From NCBI GenBank assembly GCA_035063585.1, contig JAPSGB010000020.1:20837-84836 (forward strand): a stretch of 64,000 nucleotides of DNA, written 5' to 3'. The DNA is from Polyangiaceae bacterium. Its GTDB lineage: Bacteria; Myxococcota_A; Polyangia; Polyangiales; Polyangiaceae. Of the stretch, positions 20,787 through 29,554 are shown piece by piece. Every line of letters starts with the position of its first letter. Position 1 is the first letter of the stretch. A model generated the notes under the pieces. The model was not told the DNA's origin. It ran no database searches and worked only from the letters and a program-made list of their open reading frames with translations. A program made the position numbers and the translations under genes.

Positions 20787-20900
20787 GCTTCGCGTGAGTC
20801 GGGCGGGCGCACTGACGGCGTCATTTTGAATTTCATATCTGCAATGCGCTCGCGCTCCCCCCACGTCGGCGTAGCGTGAAGTGCATATTCGAGTGACTCT

Positions 20901-20936
20901 GCCACACCTTGACAGATGAATTGAGCTGTGAGAGAT
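20901..20936 (+). promoter_or_regulatory. Candidate sigma70-type promoter in an AT-rich intergenic region
   Basis: Perfect TTGACA at 20909-20914 inside a locally AT-rich stretch (20821-20936). The -10 is non-canonical. GCCACACCTTGAC recurs at 60061. Confidence 0.4.
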
Positions 20937-20943
20937 GCCACGC

Positions 20944-21432
20944 ATGAGCAATGTCGATCAGCAAATCCGTGAACGCATCGAGTCCTTCGTTCGTGAGTTG
21001 AACGCGCTCGTGCGCCGCGCCGCGATTGACGCGGTGGCGCGAGCACTCGATGGGAAGCCGGAGGAGCCTGCGCGCCCCGCCGCGGCGCGCGCGCCGCGCG
21101 CGCCGCGCGCCGCCAAGTCCGCGGGGGGCAAGCGGACGCCGGCGCAGATCGACGCCACCGCGAAGCGGATCCTGAAGCACGTCGCGGAGCATCCCGGCCA
21201 GTCAGTGGAGAGCATGTCGAAGCAGCTCGGCGTCATCACCCGCGAGCTCGCCCTCCCCATCAAGAAGCTGGTGAAGAGCGGCGAGCTTCGCACCGAGGGG
21301 CAGAGGCGCGCGACCAAGTACTTCCCTGGAGGCGGAGCGGCCGCCGGCGCCGCGCCGAAGGCGCGACGCGCGGCCAAGGCGGCTCGTGGCGCGAAGCGCG
21401 CCCGGCGCGCGCGCCCGGCGAAGCGCGGCTGA
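20944..21432 (+). CDS. Small basic DNA-binding / putative nucleoid-associated protein (N-terminal helix, winged HTH, Ala/Arg/Lys tail)
   Basis: Amphipathic N-terminus IRERIESFVRELNALVRRAA; wHTH-like ILKHVAEHPGQSVESMSKQLG...PIKKLVKSGELRTEGQRRATKYF; histone-like tail KARRAAKAARGAKRARR. Confidence 0.75.
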   Translation: MSNVDQQIRERIESFVRELNALVRRAAIDAVARALDGKPEEPARPAAARAPRAPRAAKSAGGKRTPAQIDATAKRILKHVAEHPGQSVESMSKQLGVITRELALPIKKLVKSGELRTEGQRRATKYFPGGGAAAGAAPKARRAAKAARGAKRARRARPAKRG

Positions 21433-21450
21433 AGGGGCGAACCCGCTCCT
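21433..21450. terminator. Possible hairpin terminator between convergent genes
   Basis: aggggcg-aacc-cgctcct stem-loop right after the stop codon; no U-tract. Confidence 0.25.
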
Positions 21451-21494
21451 CGGAGTCCCCGGAGCGCGCGCCGATGGGCGCGCGCTCTCCGGGC

Positions 21495-22496
21495 TCACCG
21501 GTCCGGCTCGGGTGGCGGCGGGAGGGTCGAGTCGGCGACCAGCTGGAGGAGCGGGCGGGCCGCCGAAGGAGGTGGCGCCGCCTCGGGCGACGCGGGACGC
21601 GAGACCAGCGGGAGCGGCGGGATGGTCCGGTGATCGTGCGACGCCGCGGGGGCGGCTGCGATGAACGGCGCGATGGCGCGAAGCATCTCGGCGGCGCTCT
21701 GTTGGCGTTGACGCCGATCCTTGGCGAGCGCCCGACGCACCACCAGCTCGAGCTCCGCGGGCACCTGCGGCGCGTAGGTACGCAGCGGCTTCGGCGGGCG
21801 ACGGATGACCGTCGCGATGACGTCGAGCGCGCTGGCGCCTTCGAAGGGTGGTCGCCCCGTGAGGAGCTCGTAGAGGATCGCCCCCGTCGCGTAGAGATCC
21901 GCGCGGTGGTCCACGCTCTCGCCCAGCGCCTGCTCGGGCGCCATGTAGGAGGGCGTCCCGAAGATCCGCCCCGTCTCCTCCGGCGCCATCCCGTCGGGAT
22001 GGACCCCCTTGGCGATGCCGAAATCGAGCACCTTGGTGAGCGGCTGATCCGGCCTCGGGTGCACGACGATGATATTGCCCGGCTTGAGGTCGCGATGAAC
22101 GATGCCGAGCCCGTGCGCGGCCTCCAGCGCGGCCAGCACCTGCGCGATGAGCTCGCAGGCGTAACCGACCCCGACCGCGCCGCGCTCCTCGATCACGGTG
22201 CTCAGCAGCTCGCCGTCGCACAGCTCCATCACCATGAACGGCGCGCCGTCCTGGTCGCCGAGATCGAACACGCCGGCCACGTTGGGGTGCATGAGCCGAC
22301 CCGCCGCGCGCGCTTCGGCGATGAATCGCCCGTAGATCTCCGCGTCGTCGGCGAGCTCACGGTGCAGGATCTTGATGGCGACGCGGCGCTCCACGAGCGT
22401 GTGCTCGGCCTCCCACACCTCACCGGCGCTGCCGCGTCCGAGCAGCCGCACCAGGGTGTACTTGCCTCCGAGGAGATCGCCGACGTCGAAGCTCAC
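21495..22496 (-). CDS. Serine/threonine protein kinase (Hanks type), cytoplasmic
   Basis: GRGSAGEVW, VAIKIL, HRDLKPGN, DFG and GTPSYMAPEQ. Confidence 0.93.
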   Translation of the reverse strand: MSFDVGDLLGGKYTLVRLLGRGSAGEVWEAEHTLVERRVAIKILHRELADDAEIYGRFIAEARAAGRLMHPNVAGVFDLGDQDGAPFMVMELCDGELLSTVIEERGAVGVGYACELIAQVLAALEAAHGLGIVHRDLKPGNIIVVHPRPDQPLTKVLDFGIAKGVHPDGMAPEETGRIFGTPSYMAPEQALGESVDHRADLYATGAILYELLTGRPPFEGASALDVIATVIRRPPKPLRTYAPQVPAELELVVRRALAKDRRQRQQSAAEMLRAIAPFIAAAPAASHDHRTIPPLPLVSRPASPEAAPPPSAARPLLQLVADSTLPPPPEPDR

Positions 22497-22560
22497 GCGA
22501 GCGCCAATCTAGAGCATCGGCACCTCGTTCGCCAGGACACGCTGCGCTCCACGGAACGAT

Positions 22561-23340
22561 TCAGAGCCCAGATTTTCGATGAACGAGGGTGGCGGTCGCC
22601 TGAGCGGTCGCCATGACCAGCATGTTGTGCAAGGACACGTGCGGAGGACGCGTGACCGCGAAGCCGATGCAGTCCGCCACGTCGGCGGCCGTGAGCGGGT
22701 CGACTCCGGAGTAGACGGCTCCCGCGCGCTCCGCGTCGCCGTGGAAGCGGACCACGCTGAACTCGGTCTCGACCAGCCCGGGCTCGATGACGAGCTGCCG
22801 GATCCTGGTCCCGAAGAGCTCGAGCCTGAGCGCCTGCGCGAAGCTCTCGACGGCGGCCTTGGAGGCGCAATACGCCGCGCCCTTCGCGTATGGCTGGAGC
22901 CCGGCGACCGAGCCGACGTGCACGATGTCGCCGGCGTCGCGGGCGATGAAGCTCGGGAGGAAGAGACGCGTCACGCGCATCAGACCCATGAGGTTCGACT
23001 CGAGCATCTCGCGCCAGTCTCGCTCGTCGGAGTCGACGACCGGCGCGAGCCCGCGGGCGAGGCCCGCGTTGTTCACCAGGATGTCGACCCCGGCGGCGTC
23101 GCCGGTAGCCCACTCGGTGAAGGCGCGGCAGCTCTCGGGCACGGTGACGTCGAGCGCGTGGGCGGACGCGCCGCCGCCGAGCTCGCTCGCGAGCGCCTCG
23201 ACGCGCTCGAGGCGCCTCGCGCCGAGGCGCAGGCTCGCGCCGAGCGCGGCGAGGGTCCGCGCGGTGGCGGCGCCGATGCCGCTCGAGGCGCCGGTGATGA
23301 CCGCGATCTTGCCTGACAGTGGCCTGCTGGAGGGGGACAT
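22561..23340 (-). CDS. Short-chain dehydrogenase/reductase (YdfG-like)
   Basis: TGASSGIG, NNAGLARG, YCASK and PGLVETEFSVVRFHGD. Confidence 0.9.
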   Translation of the reverse strand: MSPSSRPLSGKIAVITGASSGIGAATARTLAALGASLRLGARRLERVEALASELGGGASAHALDVTVPESCRAFTEWATGDAAGVDILVNNAGLARGLAPVVDSDERDWREMLESNLMGLMRVTRLFLPSFIARDAGDIVHVGSVAGLQPYAKGAAYCASKAAVESFAQALRLELFGTRIRQLVIEPGLVETEFSVVRFHGDAERAGAVYSGVDPLTAADVADCIGFAVTRPPHVSLHNMLVMATAQATATLVHRKSGL

Positions 23341-23401
23341 GAGGCGGAAGCCTAACGCATCCGGCGACCGTGCAGCGCTCCCGACCGTGATAAGGTCGCG
23401 G

Positions 23402-23425
23402 GGCGCGGTTCCGCGCCGAACCAAC
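23402..23425 (+). repeat. Dispersed intergenic REP-like palindrome, copy
   Basis: ggcgcgg-tt-ccgcgcc-gaaccaac between the divergent SDR genes. Confidence 0.6.
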
Positions 23426-23436
23426 CCAAAGACCCG

Positions 23437-24213
23437 ATGAAGAGAGAGACTCGCTTCCAGGCTGCCTTCATCACCGGCGCCTCGAGCGGCATCGGCGCGG
23501 CGATAGCCACCGAGCTCGGCGCGCGCGGCGCGCGAGTCGTCCTGGCCGCGCGGCGCGAGCCGGAGCTGCGCGTCGTGGCGCGCGCCATCGCCGAGCGAGG
23601 CGGCCGCGCCGAGCTGTGCGTGCTCGACGTGGCCGACACCTCCGCGACGCGCGAAGCGGTGCGGCGCTGGGACGAGGAGACGGGGGGCCTCGATCTGGTG
23701 CTCGCCAACGCTGGGGTCGGCGACGTGCAGTCCGCGGACAAGCTCGAGTGGCGAGCGGTCGAGCGGATCCTGGACGTCAACTTGGTAGGCGCGTTGGCGG
23801 TCCTGACCGAGGCGCTGCCGCTGATGCTCGCGAGGGGGCGCGGAACCCTCGCCGCGGTGTCGAGCCTCGCGGGGCTGCGGGGGCTACCGACCAGCGCGGT
23901 CTACTCCGCAAGCAAGGCAGCCCTCCGCATCTTCCTCGAGTCGCTCGGGGTGGAGCTTCGACCCCGCGGGCTCCACGTGGTGGATGTCCGGCCAGGCTTC
24001 ATCGACACGCCGATGACCAGGAAAAATCGCTTCCCGATGCCCTTCTTGATGCCGCTCGAGGCGGCGACCGAGCGCGCGATCGGGGGGCTCGAGCGCGGCG
24101 AGCCGGTGGTGGCCTTCCCGTGGCAACTCTCGATGGCCATGACGCTCGCCGAGAAGATGCCCGACGCGCTCTGGAGGGCGATCGCGGCGCGGTTGCCCAC
24201 CAAGCCCGACTGA
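23437..24213 (+). CDS. Short-chain dehydrogenase/reductase
   Basis: TGASSGIG, ANAG, YSASK and PGFIDTPMT. Confidence 0.9.
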   Translation: MKRETRFQAAFITGASSGIGAAIATELGARGARVVLAARREPELRVVARAIAERGGRAELCVLDVADTSATREAVRRWDEETGGLDLVLANAGVGDVQSADKLEWRAVERILDVNLVGALAVLTEALPLMLARGRGTLAAVSSLAGLRGLPTSAVYSASKAALRIFLESLGVELRPRGLHVVDVRPGFIDTPMTRKNRFPMPFLMPLEAATERAIGGLERGEPVVAFPWQLSMAMTLAEKMPDALWRAIAARLPTKPD

Positions 24214-24320
24214 GACGCGCGCGAGAGCGCGAGCGAGCCGATGCGAAGACGCGCGGTCTAGGCTACACTCGGCGCATACGGGCGCGGCCGAGAGGACGCC
24301 GCGAGGCCCTTGGAGACACG

Positions 24321-26354
24321 ATGACGAAGCTTCGCTCTTCCCTCGTCTGGCTGGTCGCGGGCACCGCGCTCGCCTTGGTGACGACTTATGGCTGTAGCGG
24401 CGCGGACGACGCGCCGGGAGGAGGCGTCGCGGCCACCGGCGGGAGCGGCGGTCTCCCCGAGGCGGGCGGCAGCGGCGGCACCGGCGGGCTCGGCTTCGAC
24501 GCCGGCGGCGGCAACGGCGGGGTGCTCGGCTGCACCGACGTGACCGATCCGACCGACAGCGACGGAGACGGGATCGCCGATCAGATCGAGGGCAAGGGCG
24601 ACCCGAGCGGCCCTCGCGACACCGACCAGGACGGGACCCCCGACTATCTCGACGCCGACAGCGACGACGACGGCATCCCGGACAGCGTGGAGGCAAACTC
24701 GCCCAAGTTCCAGCGCCACGGCCCCTGCGATCCGGTCGCGGACGCCGACGGCGATCTGCGCCCTGACTTCATCGATCCCGACAGCGACAACGACGGCCTC
24801 CCCGACGATCAAGACTCCGCGCTCTGCCCGAACTTGGACTGCCGAATCCAGGCGGATTGCGACGGCGACACCATCGAGGACGTGGTGGAGGTCGCCGCCA
24901 AGACGGACCCCTGCCAGACGACGGATCCGACCAGCCAGGACTTCGGGCTCTACTTCAAGGTGCCCTACCTGAGCGGACCGCAGAAGCAGCAGTTCACCTT
25001 CTCGACCGGCGTGAAGGACGCCGACATCTATTTTCTCATCGACACCACCCAGTCGATGCAAGGGGCCATCGACAACATCAAGTCGTCGCTCGACAGCGAG
25101 ATCATCCCCGCGATCCTGAACGGCGATTCGAGCGCCAAGCCGCCCATCCCGGCGATCCCCGGCGCGCAGATCGGGATCGGGACCTTCAAGGACATCCCAT
25201 GGGTGCCCTGGGGTGACGCCGGCGACGACGTCTACGGCTTCAAGTTCTCCATCGCCGGTTCCACCGTTTACGGGAACGTGTCGCCGCCAAACGGCGTCGG
25301 CGGTGCCTTCACCGCGCCCGACAACGTCCGCGCCATCCTCGGCAGCCTCACCGCCACCGGCGGCGGGGACTCCCCCGAGGCGACCACCCAGGCGCTGTGG
25401 CTCGCGGCGACCAACGAGGACTATCGCGCGGTCGGAGGCGGCGAGCCCTGGCCTCCGAGCGATCCCCCGGGCTCCGGCAACTTCGACGCGGCGGCGTGGC
25501 GAGCCAACTGCGCCGACTCGAGCCACCTTGGCCGCGCGTGCTTCCGCGCCGGCCGGCTGCCGGTCATCGTGATCGTCACCGACGCGCCGTTCCATAACGG
25601 GCCGAAGAGCGGCGCCTGTCCGGCGGGAGACGACTACGTGGTTCCCCCGGCCACCATCACGGCAGGCTGCCCGGTCGGGGTAGCGGTGAATGGCACCAAG
25701 ACCTACCTCGAGGCGCTCCAGGCGCTGACCAAGATCGGAGCGAAGATCGTCGGCGTGTCGGTCAATACCGGGACCGCGAACCTGGCGCGCTTCGCGCTGG
25801 TCGACCTGGCCGAGAAGACGGGGAGCATCTACGCGAAGAGCGCCTTCGACGGCAGCATGGTGAGCCTGCCGCTGGTCACCGAGCAGGACACCAGGAACGG
25901 CGACGTGTCCTCGGAGGTGGTCCGTCTGATCGGTCTGCTCGCAGGCCAAGGACTGCTCGACGTCACCACGCGAACCAAGAGCTACGCCTGCGCCGGAAGT
26001 ATCGACTGCACCGGAGACGGGCTCCCCGATCCGAAATACGATAACCCGCCGGATCCGGACTCCGGTCAGCCCTTCGACGCCATGAGGCTCATCAGCTCGA
26101 TCGCTCCGGTGGCGTCCACGGCGACCCCCAAGCCCTACGTGAAGATCGACGCCACCACCTTCTACGGCGTGCGCGGCGATCAGACGGTTACGTTCGAGGT
26201 CACCGCGGACAACACCGTGCTCAGGCCGAACAGCGTGACGGTCGTCCAGGCGCTGCTTCGGGTCCAGACGCCTGCCGGTCAGGCGCTCGGCGGCCCCGAC
26301 GGCATCAAGAAGATTTTTCTCGTGATCCCACCCTATCGGTCGCCGTTCGCGTGA
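24321..26354 (+). CDS. Lipoprotein with Ca-binding DxDxDG (TSP3-like) repeats and a beta-integrin-like vWA domain (CglD-like adhesin)
   Basis: Signal ending TTYGC; Gly-rich linker; DSDGDGIAD, DTDQDGTPD, DSDDDGIPD and DSDNDGLPD repeats; DIYFLIDTTQSM, GIGTFKD, GGDSPEA and IVTDAPFH. GGAG precedes ATG 24321. Confidence 0.8.
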   Translation: MTKLRSSLVWLVAGTALALVTTYGCSGADDAPGGGVAATGGSGGLPEAGGSGGTGGLGFDAGGGNGGVLGCTDVTDPTDSDGDGIADQIEGKGDPSGPRDTDQDGTPDYLDADSDDDGIPDSVEANSPKFQRHGPCDPVADADGDLRPDFIDPDSDNDGLPDDQDSALCPNLDCRIQADCDGDTIEDVVEVAAKTDPCQTTDPTSQDFGLYFKVPYLSGPQKQQFTFSTGVKDADIYFLIDTTQSMQGAIDNIKSSLDSEIIPAILNGDSSAKPPIPAIPGAQIGIGTFKDIPWVPWGDAGDDVYGFKFSIAGSTVYGNVSPPNGVGGAFTAPDNVRAILGSLTATGGGDSPEATTQALWLAATNEDYRAVGGGEPWPPSDPPGSGNFDAAAWRANCADSSHLGRACFRAGRLPVIVIVTDAPFHNGPKSGACPAGDDYVVPPATITAGCPVGVAVNGTKTYLEALQALTKIGAKIVGVSVNTGTANLARFALVDLAEKTGSIYAKSAFDGSMVSLPLVTEQDTRNGDVSSEVVRLIGLLAGQGLLDVTTRTKSYACAGSIDCTGDGLPDPKYDNPPDPDSGQPFDAMRLISSIAPVASTATPKPYVKIDATTFYGVRGDQTVTFEVTADNTVLRPNSVTVVQALLRVQTPAGQALGGPDGIKKIFLVIPPYRSPFA

Positions 26355-26388
26355 TGAGCGGGAGTGGTGTTAGCTTCGACTCCAGTCA

Positions 26389-28101
26389 ATGTCGGGCGCG
26401 CAAGCAACCCGGGGTGAGGCTCGAGTCGACGCCGGGCTCGACGCCGCGCTGAGCCCCGTGAGCGTCGCGACGCGAGGTTCGTCGCTGCGCTGGCCGCTCA
26501 TGGTGGTGGCGCTCCTCGCGACCCTCACCACGCGAGCCGTCCACGCGCAGCCGGCCGCGGCAGAACCCGCCGAGGAGCCCGCGCCGCCGGCCGCGACCGG
26601 CGCGCCGGACACCTGGGGCTCGGGTGCGCCGGCTCCCGCGCCGGAGCCATCGACGCCGCCGGCGCCCGAGCCGCCGCCGGCCGTCTCGCCGCCCCTCGCC
26701 GCGCCCGACGAGCCCGACGCGAGCGCTCCTTCGAGCGTCCGTTATACGCTCGAGGGAATCGAGCTCCGCGGCAACACCAAGACCCGACCGCGCGTGGTGC
26801 TGAGGTACGTCCCGTTCAGACCGGGCGACATCATCGACGTCGACGATCCCGAGGTCGAGCTCACGCGCTACCGCCTGCTCGGCACCGGGTTCTTCCGCGA
26901 GGTTCAGTTCTCCCTGAAGCGCGGGACACGACGCGGCTACGTGGTGCTGGTCATCGACGTCGTCGAGCGCAACACCATCATCGTCAACGATCTGTGGATG
27001 GGGCTCTCCGCGGATGCCGACAACGACGGCCGCGCGCGCCCGCTCACGGCGTACGCGGGGGTCGACGTCGCCGAGACCAACCTGGCCGGGACCGGCATCA
27101 CGCTCGGGACCGCGATCGGGCTTGCCCAAGACCAGCTCGCGCTCCGCGTGCGCTTCCTCGATCCGGCCTTCCTCGGCTCGAGCTGGATGACCTCCGGGAC
27201 GCTGCTCTTCAACGACGCCCGCGACTTCTTCGGCAACCGCGACGTGTTCTACTCGGACGGTGGGCTGACCTCGCGAATAGAGGACTACGCGACCGTCCAG
27301 TACGAGCGATTCGGCGGCTCGCTCGGCGCCGGACGTGATCTCTCGGTCGCGACCCAGCTCTGGGTCAGCTACCGCCTCGAGGCGATCGACGCGCGGGTCC
27401 CGGTGGCGTCTCACCTCCGCGGTCTCGACCGAGAGCCCATCGATTTTCACATCGATCCGGGTCGCAGCGTGCTCTCCACGGTGAGGGCCACACTCCAGTA
27501 CGACTCGCGGGATCATCCCTTCTTGCCGACCCGTGGGTGGTACGGAAACTTCGCCGCGGAGACCGGCGTCCCGCCATCCGGCAGCGACTACGACTACCAA
27601 CGTTTCGACGTGTCGTTGTCGCGCTGGTGGGAGCTCCCCTGGGCTCACGTCGTGCACCTCGAGTTGTTCGGCGGCGCCATCGCCGGCAACGCCCCCTTCT
27701 TCGAACAGTATTACGTCGGGGACTTCACCGATTTCCTGCCGGCGCGCGTGCTCGGGCTGAACTTCGATCGCCGCCCACCGCCCAACTTCTTGCACACCGA
27801 CATCGGCGAGGTTCGTTACGGTGACTACGCGCTGAAGCTCGGCGGCGAGTATCGCATCCCGCTCTACCGCGGGCACCGCTCCGTCTACGGGATCGATTTC
27901 TTCACCAGCGCTGGCATCTACGGCGTCGCGAGCCGACGTGACATCACCTCGCCGCCGCGCGGCTACGGCGCGGCCGCGCGCATCCCCATCGATCTGACCG
28001 CGAACCTCGGGTTTCGCATGGACACCAGCGCGGGCGGCTTCGTCTTCGCGTTCTCGAACGTCCTCGGCTTCATCCCGGCTCGCCATGAGGCCGCCCCGTG
28101 A
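26389..28101 (+). CDS. Omp85/BamA-TamA family outer membrane protein with one POTRA domain
   Basis: POTRA LEGIELRGNTKTRPRVV...LLGTGFFREV...VVERNT; ETNLAGTG; YDSRDHPFLPTRG barrel motif. True start may be further downstream. Confidence 0.85.
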   Translation: MSGAQATRGEARVDAGLDAALSPVSVATRGSSLRWPLMVVALLATLTTRAVHAQPAAAEPAEEPAPPAATGAPDTWGSGAPAPAPEPSTPPAPEPPPAVSPPLAAPDEPDASAPSSVRYTLEGIELRGNTKTRPRVVLRYVPFRPGDIIDVDDPEVELTRYRLLGTGFFREVQFSLKRGTRRGYVVLVIDVVERNTIIVNDLWMGLSADADNDGRARPLTAYAGVDVAETNLAGTGITLGTAIGLAQDQLALRVRFLDPAFLGSSWMTSGTLLFNDARDFFGNRDVFYSDGGLTSRIEDYATVQYERFGGSLGAGRDLSVATQLWVSYRLEAIDARVPVASHLRGLDREPIDFHIDPGRSVLSTVRATLQYDSRDHPFLPTRGWYGNFAAETGVPPSGSDYDYQRFDVSLSRWWELPWAHVVHLELFGGAIAGNAPFFEQYYVGDFTDFLPARVLGLNFDRRPPPNFLHTDIGEVRYGDYALKLGGEYRIPLYRGHRSVYGIDFFTSAGIYGVASRRDITSPPRGYGAAARIPIDLTANLGFRMDTSAGGFVFAFSNVLGFIPARHEAAP

Positions 28102-28805
28102 CGGCGATGCCCGGCGCCGTCGCGCGCCTCGCGCTCGCGCTCGCGGCGCTCCTCTTGGTTACGGTGACCGCGCCGCTCGTGGCGCGCGCGGAGGGCGAGG
28201 ACGACGGCGACCCACCGCTGCGCGCCGCGCGGTTCGAGTGGGACCGTGCTCGCCAGCACCTCTACGTGAGCCTGTCGATCCGCGACGTGGTGGACGCCGA
28301 CATCCAGAAGAAGATGCGCCAGGGGCTGCCGACCCGGATCGTGCTCACCGCGGTGCTCTTCCAGGCCGGCTCGAGCGACCCGCTGGCGACCACCGCCCAG
28401 ACCTGCAAGGTGACCTACGACGTGTGGCAGGAGGCATTTCGGATCGAGCTCACTCGTCCCGGCAGCGTGCGCTCCCAATGGACGGCGACCATAGAGGGAG
28501 TCCTCCGGCGCTGCGCGGACGTGACTCGGCTGCTCACCGGAGACGGCTCACAGGTTCAAGCGGGCGCGAGCGTGTACCTGCACGCCAAGGTGCAAGTGAA
28601 CCCGGTCAGCCAAGATCTCCTCGCGAAGCTCAAGCGCTGGGTGTCCCGGCCCACCGGGACCGGCACCGCCGCCCCGGGCGACGCGCTCTTCAGCACGTTC
28701 ACGGGGCTGTTCCTGCAGCGCATGGGTGACGCGGATCGTGAGCTGAAGTTCACCACCAAGACGATGGTCCCGACGGTTCCGCCGCCGCCGAAGGAGCGCC
28801 GCTGA
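28098..28805 (+). CDS. Exported protein, DUF4390-like
   Basis: Signal peptide; CKVTYDVWQEAFRI motif; GTGA overlap with the Omp85 gene. Confidence 0.6.
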   Translation: MTAMPGAVARLALALAALLLVTVTAPLVARAEGEDDGDPPLRAARFEWDRARQHLYVSLSIRDVVDADIQKKMRQGLPTRIVLTAVLFQAGSSDPLATTAQTCKVTYDVWQEAFRIELTRPGSVRSQWTATIEGVLRRCADVTRLLTGDGSQVQAGASVYLHAKVQVNPVSQDLLAKLKRWVSRPTGTGTAAPGDALFSTFTGLFLQRMGDADRELKFTTKTMVPTVPPPPKERR

Positions 28806-28814
28806 GGCGCGCCG

Positions 28815-29498
28815 CTACTTCCCTGGAGCGTCGAACACGGGCCCGCCCCCGGGCACGCTGGCCGTCCCCGGTGCGGGGTAGCGCGCGAGGATCGCGAGTC
28901 GATAGTAGCGATATTGATGCTGGATCGTGCTCCAGGGAGGCTTCGGCAGCGCACCTTCCACGCATTTCACCGCTCGCTTGGCCTGCGGGCCTCGCCATTG
29001 GCCGCTCGCCCCGGCGAACACCGTCACGCGCTTGCTGGCGAAATCCACGGTGAGGACGTAGTTCAGGGTGCCGTCCTTGCCGGTGCGCGGCGCGCAGTCG
29101 AAGGTGGCCTTGATCGCCTTCGCGAGCGCGTCATCGAAGAACGGCAGGGCATCGCACAGGCTCCCCTCTTGGCCGCGTGCGCCGGGCGAGGCCGCGCATT
29201 TCACCCGCTGTACCGGGCCGAGCTCGACAGGCTCGCCGGCGCCCGCCTCGAGCGCGACCCCCTCGACGGCGGGTGCCGCGCTCGGCGCGGCGCTGGCGCT
29301 CGCGCTCGCTTCGACGACGCTCCCGGGGCGCCGCCAAAGATAGAGCGGGACGGCCAGCAGGATCAGCCCCGCCACCAGCGCGATCACGAGCTGCGCGCGG
29401 AGCGGTCGATCACCGCCCCGCCCCGGACCGCCGACGCCGAGCCGCCTGAAGCTCGGCTCGCTGGGCGCCGGAAACGATGGGCGAGGAGGACCGGTCAT
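28815..29498 (-). CDS. Single-pass membrane protein with a Cys-containing periplasmic domain (possibly AgmX/PglI C-terminal-like)
   Basis: TM LVIALVAGLILLAVPLYLW, Ala/Pro linker, then a C-terminal domain with several Cys (DCAPRTGKDGTLNYVLTVDF, VKCVEGAL). Confidence 0.6.
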   Translation of the reverse strand: MTGPPRPSFPAPSEPSFRRLGVGGPGRGGDRPLRAQLVIALVAGLILLAVPLYLWRRPGSVVEASASASAAPSAAPAVEGVALEAGAGEPVELGPVQRVKCAASPGARGQEGSLCDALPFFDDALAKAIKATFDCAPRTGKDGTLNYVLTVDFASKRVTVFAGASGQWRGPQAKRAVKCVEGALPKPPWSTIQHQYRYYRLAILARYPAPGTASVPGGGPVFDAPGK

Positions 29499-29515
29499 GA
29501 GAACGTCGCGATGCG

Positions 29516-29533
29516 CCGGGCCGGCGCGGAGTC
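29516..29533 (-). repeat. Dispersed intergenic REP-like motif, degenerate copy
   Basis: ccgggccggcgcggagtc; reverse complement gactccgcgccggcccgg. Confidence 0.4.
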
Positions 29534-29554
29534 GAGCCCTTTCCTACCCGGCGT

